Positions 20,041 through 29,084 of a stretch of DNA of 64,000 nt are shown in pieces. The notes below the pieces were generated by a model. That model was not told the DNA's origin. It made no database searches and saw nothing but the letters and a program-made list of their open reading frames with translations. The stretch's first letter is position 1; every line of letters begins with the position of its first letter. Made by a program: the position numbers and the translations under genes. Origin of the DNA: a bacterium (GTDB taxonomy: Bacteria; Zhuqueibacterota; Zhuqueibacteria; Oceanimicrobiales; Oceanimicrobiaceae); NCBI GenBank assembly GCA_046757025.1, contig JBHHXN010000008.1:9227-73226 (forward strand). The letters run 5' to 3'.

Positions 20041-21189
20041 ATGCAGCCCTTCGATTTTCAATCGAGTATTCGGGTAGTTTACGGCGAGAACACCCTCAAC
20101 CAGTTGGGTAATCTGTCAAAGGTGCTGGGGGGGGAGCGGGTGTTGATCGTCACCGATGCAGGCATTGTGGCAGCGGGATTGGTGGAACGCGCTCGGCAGC
20201 TTTTGCAGCATGCTGCCATCGATGCGTTTGTATTCGATGGCGTGGAAACGAACCCCACTACCCGGCATGTTGAGGACGGATTGCAGTTTGCCCGAGAAAT
20301 CGCACCTATCGATCTGATTATCGGACTGGGTGGGGGCAGCGCCATGGATTGCGCCAAAGGCATCAATTTTCTATTGACCAACGGCGGGAAAATGGAAGAC
20401 TACTGGGGCGTGGACAAAGCCGCGAAACCCATGCTGCCGTCCATCGGCATCCCGACCACCGCGGGGACGGGCAGCGAAGCGCAATCCTTTGCCCTCATCG
20501 CTCAGGAAGAAGGCCATCGCAAAATGGCGTGTGGAGATAAAAAGGCGCGTTTCAAAACGGTCATTCTCGATCCGGTGTTAATTAGAAGCGTGCCGCAGGA
20601 AATCAAAGCCACCGCTGGCATGGACGCGCTGGCACATGCCGTGGAGAGTTTTGTGTGTACTCGAAGCAATGCCGTCTCCGAGCTGTTCAGCCGGGAAGCC
20701 TGGCGTCTGTTGTCAGGCAATTTTGAGAAAATGCTGAAAGAGCCCGAAAATCTTCGGGCGGCCAGCAGGATGCTGTTGGGGGCGCATTTTGCCGGCATGG
20801 CAGTCGAAAACGCCATGCTGGGCGCGGCGCATGCCTGCGCCAATCCGTTAACCGCGCGCTTCGGCATTTCGCACGGCATGGCCGTTGGCTTGATGCTGCC
20901 GTCTGTTGTGAGATTTAACAGCCAGGTTGTCGAGGGTCGCTACCAAAAATTGATGCAGGCATTGAATGTTTATCAAACGGCCGCAAGCCGCTCTGCTGAA
21001 CAGTTAGCTGAAAAATTGGTGGATTTGATGAGAAAATGCAATTGGCCATTGCAGTTAAGCGAGTTGCATATAGCAGAAACGGATTTGCCGGCGTTAGCAG
21101 AGGAGGCGGCGCAGCAATGGACTGCTCAGTTTAACCCACGTCCGCTGTCTCCGAAGGTCTGTTTGGAGCTGTATCAAAAAACTTTTTAG
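20041..21189 (+). CDS. Iron-containing alcohol dehydrogenase
   Basis: GGGSAMDCAK, IPTTAGTGSE, DALAHAVE, AAHACA and ISHG. Confidence 0.92.
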   Translation: MQPFDFQSSIRVVYGENTLNQLGNLSKVLGGERVLIVTDAGIVAAGLVERARQLLQHAAIDAFVFDGVETNPTTRHVEDGLQFAREIAPIDLIIGLGGGSAMDCAKGINFLLTNGGKMEDYWGVDKAAKPMLPSIGIPTTAGTGSEAQSFALIAQEEGHRKMACGDKKARFKTVILDPVLIRSVPQEIKATAGMDALAHAVESFVCTRSNAVSELFSREAWRLLSGNFEKMLKEPENLRAASRMLLGAHFAGMAVENAMLGAAHACANPLTARFGISHGMAVGLMLPSVVRFNSQVVEGRYQKLMQALNVYQTAASRSAEQLAEKLVDLMRKCNWPLQLSELHIAETDLPALAEEAAQQWTAQFNPRPLSPKVCLELYQKTF

Positions 21190-21235
21190 AACCCTCGGAC
21201 TGAAATTGCTTACTATCTGAAAGGCTGTAAATTTT

Positions 21236-22363
21236 ATGCCCGTAAGGAATCTGACAATCCTTTTTGTATTTTTGTTAACTTGGGATAATTTCGCGCAGAA
21301 TCATGCCGATGAATTTAGTGCGTCAAATGCCTGGCGGATGTTTCGCGGCAACCCGCAATCAACCGCGGTAAAAGCCGGCCGGGTTGCTAATGAGCCGCGC
21401 TTACTTTGGACCTTTCAAGCTTCAGACGCCATTGAATCTACCGCGGCTATTTATGCAAACCGCGTCTATTTTGGTACGCTAGACGGCCATTTTTACGCGG
21501 TGGATTTTGCCACCGGCGATTCTGTCTGGAAAAGGACCGTGGAAGATGAAATAAAATCTTCCCCCACCGTTTATCGGAATAAAATTTTTTTCGGTGATGA
21601 GTTTGGTGAATTTCATGCACTCGATGTCAGAACCGGCGAGCAGGTCTGGAAATTCACCACCGAAGCCGGCATTATTTCTTCGGCCAATTTCTGGGAAGAT
21701 TATGTGCTTTTCGGCAGTTATGATAATTATCTGTACTGCCTGTCTGTGGCCGATGGCGCATTACGGTGGAAGTTGGAAACCGACGGTTATGTGCACGGTA
21801 CGCCGGCCATTTACAATAATCAAGTCTGCATTACGGGCTGCGACGGCTATTTACGCGTCATCGAAATTGCCAGCGGCAAAGAAACAAAGAAAATCGAGCT
21901 GGTGGATTACATCGCTTCCAGTCCGGCCATCTATAACGGTCGCGTATATTTTGGAACACATGGCAATCGCGTCCTGTGTGTGAATTTGAAAAGTTCTCAA
22001 ATCGAATGGGTTTATGAACACCCGGTGCGAAAATTTCCCTATTATGCTTCTGCCGCCGTGAACGCAGAGGTAGTGCTTATCGGCGGCGGCGATAAAATTT
22101 TGCACGCGCTTGATCCGAAATCCGGCAAAGAAAAATGGGCATTTCAGGCTCGATCGAAATTCGAAGCTTCGCCAATCATTGTCGGTGAGAGGGCCATTAC
22201 GGCAACCGTTCGCGGGGTGATTTACCTGTTTGACATCCACAGCGGCAGCGTGCTTTGGGAGTATGAAACCGGCACAGCCATCGCTTCCTCCCCGGCTTTT
22301 GCCAAGGGCAAATTTGTCATCGGTTCGGATGACGGCATTTTATATTGTTTTGGAAAAAAATAA
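21236..22363 (+). CDS. Secreted PQQ/BamB-like beta-propeller protein
   Basis: Signal peptide, WRMFRGNP and about eight SSP...G..DG..Y.....G...W repeats. Confidence 0.85.
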   Translation: MPVRNLTILFVFLLTWDNFAQNHADEFSASNAWRMFRGNPQSTAVKAGRVANEPRLLWTFQASDAIESTAAIYANRVYFGTLDGHFYAVDFATGDSVWKRTVEDEIKSSPTVYRNKIFFGDEFGEFHALDVRTGEQVWKFTTEAGIISSANFWEDYVLFGSYDNYLYCLSVADGALRWKLETDGYVHGTPAIYNNQVCITGCDGYLRVIEIASGKETKKIELVDYIASSPAIYNGRVYFGTHGNRVLCVNLKSSQIEWVYEHPVRKFPYYASAAVNAEVVLIGGGDKILHALDPKSGKEKWAFQARSKFEASPIIVGERAITATVRGVIYLFDIHSGSVLWEYETGTAIASSPAFAKGKFVIGSDDGILYCFGKK

Positions 22364-22371
22364 AGAAAAAA

Positions 22372-23721
22372 ATGGCAGACCACACCCTTACGCAATTTGC
22401 TGAACCTGCGACCACCCGACTCGATGTCAAAGAGACCGAAGCCGGCAGCGTGTTCGTTTCGAATTACCCGCCCTATTCGTTCTGGAGCGCTGTGCAGGTT
22501 CCGGATGCATTCGCTGCGTTGAATTCTGCTCCAGAACCCACGAACACCCTGGGCCTGTATTTGCACATTCCCTTTTGTCGCAAGCGGTGTAAATTCTGCT
22601 ATTTTCGGGTTTATACCGACAAAAACAGCTCACAAATTGCGGAGTACCTGGAGGCTTTGTCCAGGGAAGTGCAATTGTATGCTGAGAAACCAGCAGTGGC
22701 GGGACGACCCCTGAAATTCGTTTATTTCGGCGGCGGTACCCCCTCCTTCATCAGCGTGAAACATTTGCAACACCTGGTAACCCGGCTCAAGGCCAGTTTG
22801 TCCTGGGATGGCGTGGAAGAGGTCACCTTTGAATGCGAGCCGGGCACGCTTTCGCAGGCCAAATTAGAGGCTATTCGGGAAATCGGCGTCACCCGGTTGA
22901 GTTTGGGAATCGAAAACTTTCATGACGCTATTTTAAAGGAAAATGGCCGGGCGCATCTTTCCAGAGAAATTTATCAGGTGCTGCCCTGGATTCAAGATTT
23001 ACAATTTCAACAATTGAATGTCGATTTGATCGCTGGTATGGTAGGTGAAACCTGGCACACCTGGAAAGAGAACGTGCAAAGAACCATCGACATCGATGCC
23101 GACAGCGTGACTATTTATCAGTTAGAGCTGCCGTTCAACACCGTTTACACCAGAGAGTTGAGCACCGGTAGCAACAAAATTGTGGTGGCGGATTGGCAGA
23201 CCAAACGAGAGTGGCATGATTACGCCATCGAAGAACTCAGTGCGGCTGGATATGAAATTTCCAGCGCGTACACCATGGTTAAAGACAATCACTCCTGTAA
23301 GTTTGTTTACCGAGATTCGGTTTGGCGGGGAACCGATATGCTCGGCGCCGGCGTGGCCTCTTTTTCACATATTAGCGGCGTGCACTACCAAAATGCCGCG
23401 GCCTGGCACGATTATCTGGCAAAACTGCAATCGAATAACTTGCCGCTGCATCGAGCCTTTACCGCCACTGCCGAACAACAATTGACACGTGAGATGATTT
23501 TACAGTTAAAACTGGGCAAAATAAAGACGAAATATTTTAAAGAGAAGTTTAATACCGACATATTAAAAAAGTTTGAGCGGCCTTTGCAAAAACTACAACA
23601 GGAGGGGTTGTTGAGCTGCAAACAGAATGAGGTTCGTCTGACCCGTAGCGGCTTGCTGCGAGTGGATCAGCTTTTGCCGGAATTTTATTCTGAATCATTT
23701 CGAAACGCCCGTTATACCTGA
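22372..23721 (+). CDS. HemN-like (class C) radical SAM enzyme
   Basis: LYLHIPFCRKRCKFC, YFGGGTPS, RLSLG and DLIAG, plus a HemN_C-like tail. Confidence 0.88.
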   Translation: MADHTLTQFAEPATTRLDVKETEAGSVFVSNYPPYSFWSAVQVPDAFAALNSAPEPTNTLGLYLHIPFCRKRCKFCYFRVYTDKNSSQIAEYLEALSREVQLYAEKPAVAGRPLKFVYFGGGTPSFISVKHLQHLVTRLKASLSWDGVEEVTFECEPGTLSQAKLEAIREIGVTRLSLGIENFHDAILKENGRAHLSREIYQVLPWIQDLQFQQLNVDLIAGMVGETWHTWKENVQRTIDIDADSVTIYQLELPFNTVYTRELSTGSNKIVVADWQTKREWHDYAIEELSAAGYEISSAYTMVKDNHSCKFVYRDSVWRGTDMLGAGVASFSHISGVHYQNAAAWHDYLAKLQSNNLPLHRAFTATAEQQLTREMILQLKLGKIKTKYFKEKFNTDILKKFERPLQKLQQEGLLSCKQNEVRLTRSGLLRVDQLLPEFYSESFRNARYT

Positions 23722-23784
23722 TTTAACGAATGGAATTAAAGCAACTAAAAAATAACCATCCAACCTGAGTTTTGAGAATTTAAG

Positions 23785-25113
23785 TTGAGTCGTAAAAAAT
23801 ATTTTACACTTGGTAGTTTCATCTTGTTTATTTTAGGGTTGATTGTCCTGTTGAACAGCACTGTGCTGGCGGGCGATAAGAAGTCCAGCTCCAATTATGA
23901 CTGGCCGCAGTGGCGCGGTCCGAATCGCAACGGCATTTCATACGAGACCGACCTGATTACGAGCTTTTCAAATGACGTCCCAACCGTTTTGTGGAAGCAA
24001 GTTCTGGGAGATGGTTATTCTGGAATCGCGGTGAAAAACGACAAAGTTTATACCATGTACGACGAATCGTGGGGGCAGGAGTACGTGATTTGTCTGGAAG
24101 CCGATTCCGGCCACATAATCTGGCTTTTTGCCGTGGACGACTATTTCTTAAATCGTGAAGGCGCTGGACCACGTTCCACCCCCACCGTGGATGGGGACAA
24201 GGTATTTGTATTGAGCGCCACCGGTTTATTGTACGCATTGAATGCCGATTCTGGTTATGAAATCTGGGAGGTTGACTTGCAGAAAGAGCTGGGTGCGAAG
24301 AGACCACGGTATGGATTCGCGGCTTCCCCCCTCGTGGAAGGCGAACTGCTTTTGATTGAAGTGGGTCGGAATTCTAAAAATGAGATTGTGGCCTTAAATA
24401 AAAACACCGGCAAATTAGTTTGGCGAACCTGGACCCTGCCTGAACATTTCGATATATCCAATTATCCGCTCAAGTCGGATAGATCCGGCTATTCATCGCC
24501 GGTGGCGGTGAATTTGAACGGTGTGCGTCAGATTCTATTTTTAACGGGAAATCAATTACTTTCCATCTCGCCAGAGGGCAAGATTTATTGGCGCTTTCCG
24601 TGGAAAACCTACAAGGGCGCCAATGTCGCCAGTCCCGTCGTGATACCTGAAAACAAGATTTTCATTTCATCGGGTTACGACAAAGGCGCGGTCATGTTAA
24701 AAATCCATGGGGATAAAAAGGCGTTTGAGGTTCAAAAAATCTGGCAGAGCAAAATAATGCGCAACCGTATTTCCACCGCCATCTGCTACAATGGATACCT
24801 TTTTGGATTTGATCGCAAAACGCTGAAATGCATCGATGTTTACAGCGGCTTCGAAATGTGGAAGAAAAAGGGCTTTGGCATGGGAAATATTTTTTTAGCG
24901 GATAACCATCTGTTCATTTTCAGTGAACGTGGGAAATTAGTCATCGCGGACGCCACACATACCGGCTATCGGGAACTCACTTCGGTCAAGGTTTTGTCGG
25001 GTAAGTGCTGGACTCCGCCTTCCCTTGCCAATGGCAAATTGTTTGCACGAAATCAATATCAAATTATTTGTATCGATTTAATTGGTGAAAATAATCCAGC
25101 CGGGTCAGAATAA
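23785..25113 (+). CDS. Secreted PQQ-like beta-propeller protein (paralog of the next gene)
   Basis: Signal peptide, DWPQWRGP, GDGYSG, GPRSTPTVDG, GYSSPV and CWTPPSLANGKL. Confidence 0.82.
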   Translation: MSRKKYFTLGSFILFILGLIVLLNSTVLAGDKKSSSNYDWPQWRGPNRNGISYETDLITSFSNDVPTVLWKQVLGDGYSGIAVKNDKVYTMYDESWGQEYVICLEADSGHIIWLFAVDDYFLNREGAGPRSTPTVDGDKVFVLSATGLLYALNADSGYEIWEVDLQKELGAKRPRYGFAASPLVEGELLLIEVGRNSKNEIVALNKNTGKLVWRTWTLPEHFDISNYPLKSDRSGYSSPVAVNLNGVRQILFLTGNQLLSISPEGKIYWRFPWKTYKGANVASPVVIPENKIFISSGYDKGAVMLKIHGDKKAFEVQKIWQSKIMRNRISTAICYNGYLFGFDRKTLKCIDVYSGFEMWKKKGFGMGNIFLADNHLFIFSERGKLVIADATHTGYRELTSVKVLSGKCWTPPSLANGKLFARNQYQIICIDLIGENNPAGSE

Positions 25114-25233
25114 TCTAAACCCTTCAATGAGCAATTATTGCCCCCCCTTTTCCCTTATCGTCTTGATGTTGGGCAGGAGGAACCACACTGTGTCTTTATC
25201 TGGGGCGAATAACAATTTTGTGCTGGAGGTATT

Positions 25234-26517
25234 ATGAGAATGAAAAAAACCAGCGCTCGGTTTTTGAGCTTATTCTATACCGGCATTTTGTTGGGAAGCG
25301 GCTTTTTGCTGGTGGAGCAAGGCATTTCTGGTTCGGGAGAAAAAGATCGCTTTGATTGGCCGCAATGGCGCGGTCGCCAACGCGACGGCGTTTCCAGAGA
25401 AACCGGCATTCTGAAAAACTGGCCGGAAAGCGGTCCGAAAGTGGTTTGGCAGGCGCCATCCGGCGATGGCTATTCCGGCATATCTGTTTCCGATGGCCGA
25501 CTGTTTACCATGTACGGTGACGCCGGCGCCGAAGTGGTGGTTTGTCTGGATGCGGGTTCGGGTCGCGAGCTCTGGCGGTTTCAATCCGAGGCCCGGGTCT
25601 ATCGAAATTCCTTCGGAAATGGCCCGCGCTCCACTCCCACGGTGGATGGGGAAGCGGTGTACACGCTGGGCGCCACGGCCAGGCTTTACGCGCTGAATGT
25701 AAAAAACGGTGACAAAATTTGGAGCCATGATTTGAAAGCCGAGTATGGCGCACAGATTCCCACCTGGGGCGTGGCCTGCTCCCCTCTGGTGGACGGGAAT
25801 TTGCTTCTGGTGGATGTGGGCGGTCGCGGCGATTACGGTGTCATAGCTTTTAACAAATTCAATGGCAAAGTGGTCTGGAAATCCAAAACCAGCTTGCCGG
25901 GTTATTCTTCGCCGGTGGCAGTGAGCGTGGGCGGCGTGAAGCAAATTCTGTTTTTCACCGGTGCCGCTCTGATTTCCGTGGCTCCGGAAAACGGTAAAAA
26001 ATACTGGAGCGTCCCCTGGCGTACGAGCTACAATGTCAACGCGGCCACGCCCATTTTTATTGCCCCGGACCGAGTGTTCATTTCCTCCGGTTACAACGTG
26101 GGCGGTGCGGTGCAGCAAATGGAGGTCGTGAATGGCCGGGTGACGGTTCGAGAAATCTGGAAAAACCGCGTGATGCGCAACCACTTCTCTTCTTCGATAT
26201 TAGTGGGAAGTCATTTGTACGGTTTTGACGAAGGCACCTTGCGCTGCGTGGATGTGAACGACCACCGATCGCAATGGGCCAAACGCGGCTTCGGAAAAGG
26301 CGCTTTGTTTTATGCCGACGGCCATTTGATTGTTCTGAGTGAGCGCGGAAAATTGCTTTTGATCAAAGCTACACCGGAAAACTATCTCGAGGTGGCCAGT
26401 GCTCAGGTGTTGCGAGGTAGATGCTGGACCGTGCCCACCCTGGCAGGCGGAAAATTGTACGTCCGCAACCAAAAGGCCATGCTTTGCCTGGAGTTTTCTG
26501 CGTCCGACCGATTATGA
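25234..26517 (+). CDS. Secreted PQQ-like beta-propeller protein
   Basis: GGAGG RBS, signal peptide, DWPQWRG, GPRSTPTVDG and CWTVPTLAGGKL. Confidence 0.85.
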   Translation: MRMKKTSARFLSLFYTGILLGSGFLLVEQGISGSGEKDRFDWPQWRGRQRDGVSRETGILKNWPESGPKVVWQAPSGDGYSGISVSDGRLFTMYGDAGAEVVVCLDAGSGRELWRFQSEARVYRNSFGNGPRSTPTVDGEAVYTLGATARLYALNVKNGDKIWSHDLKAEYGAQIPTWGVACSPLVDGNLLLVDVGGRGDYGVIAFNKFNGKVVWKSKTSLPGYSSPVAVSVGGVKQILFFTGAALISVAPENGKKYWSVPWRTSYNVNAATPIFIAPDRVFISSGYNVGGAVQQMEVVNGRVTVREIWKNRVMRNHFSSSILVGSHLYGFDEGTLRCVDVNDHRSQWAKRGFGKGALFYADGHLIVLSERGKLLLIKATPENYLEVASAQVLRGRCWTVPTLAGGKLYVRNQKAMLCLEFSASDRL

Positions 26518-26625
26518 AATTTAAAATGTTTTTCAATTTCTGAAATTTGTTGGCTTTTTTGGTTTATTTTAATATAAAATTGAGGTAATTTTATTTAATT
26601 CTGCAAAATGAGGTGTTCAACCTTT

Positions 26626-26801
26626 ACAGATGGTGTGAAAAGTCGAAACGTTAACTAAGAACTAAAAGCATCTTAATTGTCATTTCTCGCCTTGCGGGAC
26701 AGGCTGGAAGAATCTTTTTGATAAACAGCCCTTTACGTCAAATTAACAAGTTTCTTCCAGAATGACATACCCCCCTGGATTGGTCTTTTCACACTGACTC
26801 T
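26626..26801. repeat. Composite repeat copy A: GTGTGAAAAG inverted ends around a GTCATT..CTGGAAGAA / TTCTTCCAGAATGAC hairpin
   Basis: Ends GTGTGAAAAG and CTTTTCACAC; core shared with 30467-30624 and 39690-39758. Confidence 0.7.
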
Positions 26802-26889
26802 TTTGTTGAAGCAGGCGGATGCCTGACACCCCTCCGTAAATTCATTTTGCAGAAGTCTTGTAACTTTAAGATATGGAGGACAGGAATAA

Positions 26890-29064
26890 ATGAGATTATT
26901 ACATAGAGCGTGGCCCTGCTTTGTTCTGCTGCTTCTTTGCGGCATCTTGGCGCCAACGCATTTACACGCCGATGACGGCGACACCAAACACTACGTCATG
27001 CGCGATACCATCACCGTCATCGGCAAGCGTTATTTGACCATTCCTGAAATCAGCGCCATCGCCACTAAGCTACCGGCGCCGCTGCTGCGGACTCCCGCCA
27101 GCATTGGCGTGGTCACCCGAGCGCTGTTCGACCACCAGAACGGCATCGTCATGGGCGACGCGCTGAAAAATGTCAGCGGTGTGAATGTGCAAAATAATTT
27201 TGGTATTCACGATTTTTTTCTCATCCGTGGATTTGAGTCGCTTTCCAGCGGCCTGGTACTCACGGACGGCGCCGCCGAACCAGAAGTCAGTTTTTATAAC
27301 CTGTACAACATTGAACGTGTGGAAGTGCTGAAAGGTCCTGGCGCCTTTCTCTATGGCGGCAACCCGCTGTCTGGCGCGGTGAACCTCGTTCGCAAACAGC
27401 CGCTGTTTCAGAATTTTGCCTTTGTTTCGGGTTCGTACGGCAACTTTAACTCGTTCCGCAGCACCTTTGATGTCGGTTTGAATAACGGCAATGACAACCT
27501 TGCTTTTCGTTTGAATGGCCTTTGGCAGGATTCGGAAAACTATCGCGACCAGAAGGATCACCTTTCCTACGCCATCAACCCGGCCGTGACCTGGTCAGTG
27601 GACAATCGCACTTCGATTACGGCGAATTTCGAGTACGTCAATAGCGAAAACAAACCGGACTCCGGCATCCCCATTTTGTTTCAGTTTGGTGAATCGCCGT
27701 TACCCAAGCCGGTTGCTGGTTTGCCGGAGGTACGCCGTACGCAGTCTTATCAAACACCCCTGGATATTTCAAACCAGGAGCTTTTCAGAATACGACTCGA
27801 TTTTAAACGAGACGTCAATACGTCTTTCACCTTGCGGAATAAATTTTATTTCACTCAACTGAACTGGCAGTCCGTGGGCACGCTTTTAAACGGCGCTTTT
27901 GCGGATTTCACCGTACCTGGAAAATTCATTGTTTTACGCCGGCTGAATTCATTGGATGATCAGCAAAAGTTGATCGGAAATCAACTGGAAAGTTTGCTAA
28001 ATTTCCGGACTGGTATCCTGAGCCACCAAGTGGTTGTCGGAATTGAAACCGCCTGGCTGGATGACGATTTTCATCTCAATTTAGCGGAATTGCCGGCGCT
28101 GGATTTGTTCGAGCCAGATGAATCCATTGCCAGCATGAACCAGTTGCAGCCATTTCCCATCGCTTCCGGAGAAGCCAGAAGCTTTGTGTTCGCGCCCTAT
28201 TTTATCAGTCAGACTTCGTTTTCAGAGAAGCTGCAACTGTTTTATGGCGGGCGTCTGGATATCATCGATTATGATGATGAGCGCACGGATCTGGTGGATT
28301 TAAAGCGTTTCCTTTTATTGGATTCAAAAAATAAAAGAAATTATCAGAAATTCAGTCCCATGGTTGGACTGGTGGTTTCCCCGCAGTCGAACCTGACCGT
28401 TTATGCCAACGCGGCGCAATCCTTTGCTCCACCCTCCACGCTTACGCTGGGTTCACCCAAACCAGAAGAGAGTGTGCAGTATGAGCTGGGTAGCAAACTC
28501 AAACTGTTTGACGGCAGACTCACGACTTCGCTGGCGCTCTTTTATCTCGAGAAAAGCCACATCGACATTCCCGATGATGTCACCGGCGTACCGCAACAAA
28601 CCGGCGATCAGCGTTCACAGGGCGTGGAATTTGAAATCGCTGCACTGCCGGCCAGAGGCTTGCATACTTTTTTCAACTACGCTTTTACCGATGCGGAGCT
28701 GACGGAATTTCGAGAGTTTAATTTTCTCACCAATCAAATCGATGACCACAGCGGACGCACGCCGGCTTTTGCTCCCAAACACATCATGAATTTTTGGGTG
28801 ACCCAATCCTTTAAAAATGGCCTCAGCGCCGGCACCGGTTTGCGCTATGTCAGTAGTCAATTCATCGATGAAGACAACCTGTACAAAATAGATGATTATT
28901 TGACCTGGGATGCGACTTTGCATTTTACGTACGACAATTTCCGTTGGAGCTTGAATGTCAAGAATATCACCGATCGGGCTTATGAAACCCGCGGATTTAA
29001 CGCGTTTTCGGTGACGCCGGCCAACCCACGGGCGTTTTATGGCTCCATGGATTTTGTGTTTTAA
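26890..29064 (+). CDS. TonB-dependent receptor (siderophore-receptor-like)
   Basis: Signal peptide, TonB box DTITVIG, plug motif NIERVEVLKGP..LYG....GAVNLV, LNVKNITD and C-terminal Phe. Confidence 0.92.
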   Translation: MRLLHRAWPCFVLLLLCGILAPTHLHADDGDTKHYVMRDTITVIGKRYLTIPEISAIATKLPAPLLRTPASIGVVTRALFDHQNGIVMGDALKNVSGVNVQNNFGIHDFFLIRGFESLSSGLVLTDGAAEPEVSFYNLYNIERVEVLKGPGAFLYGGNPLSGAVNLVRKQPLFQNFAFVSGSYGNFNSFRSTFDVGLNNGNDNLAFRLNGLWQDSENYRDQKDHLSYAINPAVTWSVDNRTSITANFEYVNSENKPDSGIPILFQFGESPLPKPVAGLPEVRRTQSYQTPLDISNQELFRIRLDFKRDVNTSFTLRNKFYFTQLNWQSVGTLLNGAFADFTVPGKFIVLRRLNSLDDQQKLIGNQLESLLNFRTGILSHQVVVGIETAWLDDDFHLNLAELPALDLFEPDESIASMNQLQPFPIASGEARSFVFAPYFISQTSFSEKLQLFYGGRLDIIDYDDERTDLVDLKRFLLLDSKNKRNYQKFSPMVGLVVSPQSNLTVYANAAQSFAPPSTLTLGSPKPEESVQYELGSKLKLFDGRLTTSLALFYLEKSHIDIPDDVTGVPQQTGDQRSQGVEFEIAALPARGLHTFFNYAFTDAELTEFREFNFLTNQIDDHSGRTPAFAPKHIMNFWVTQSFKNGLSAGTGLRYVSSQFIDEDNLYKIDDYLTWDATLHFTYDNFRWSLNVKNITDRAYETRGFNAFSVTPANPRAFYGSMDFVF

Positions 29065-29084
29065 AATGATTGTTCGAGTAAAAA

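Noticed and set aside
17514..21189. Bacterial microcompartment locus or lux bioluminescence operon
   Set aside because: No shell proteins and no luxA/luxB or luxD in the window.
25270..26184. Long antisense ORFs (304 aa here; also 55958-56749 and 44007-44660)
   Set aside because: They lie antisense to well-supported genes, have no motifs and are typical shadows in GC-rich coding DNA.
26520..26889. Cobalamin or TPP riboswitch before the TonB receptor
   Set aside because: No B12-box (GGGAA...GCCACTG) or TPP (CTGAGA) core was found; the hairpin belongs to a repeat family.
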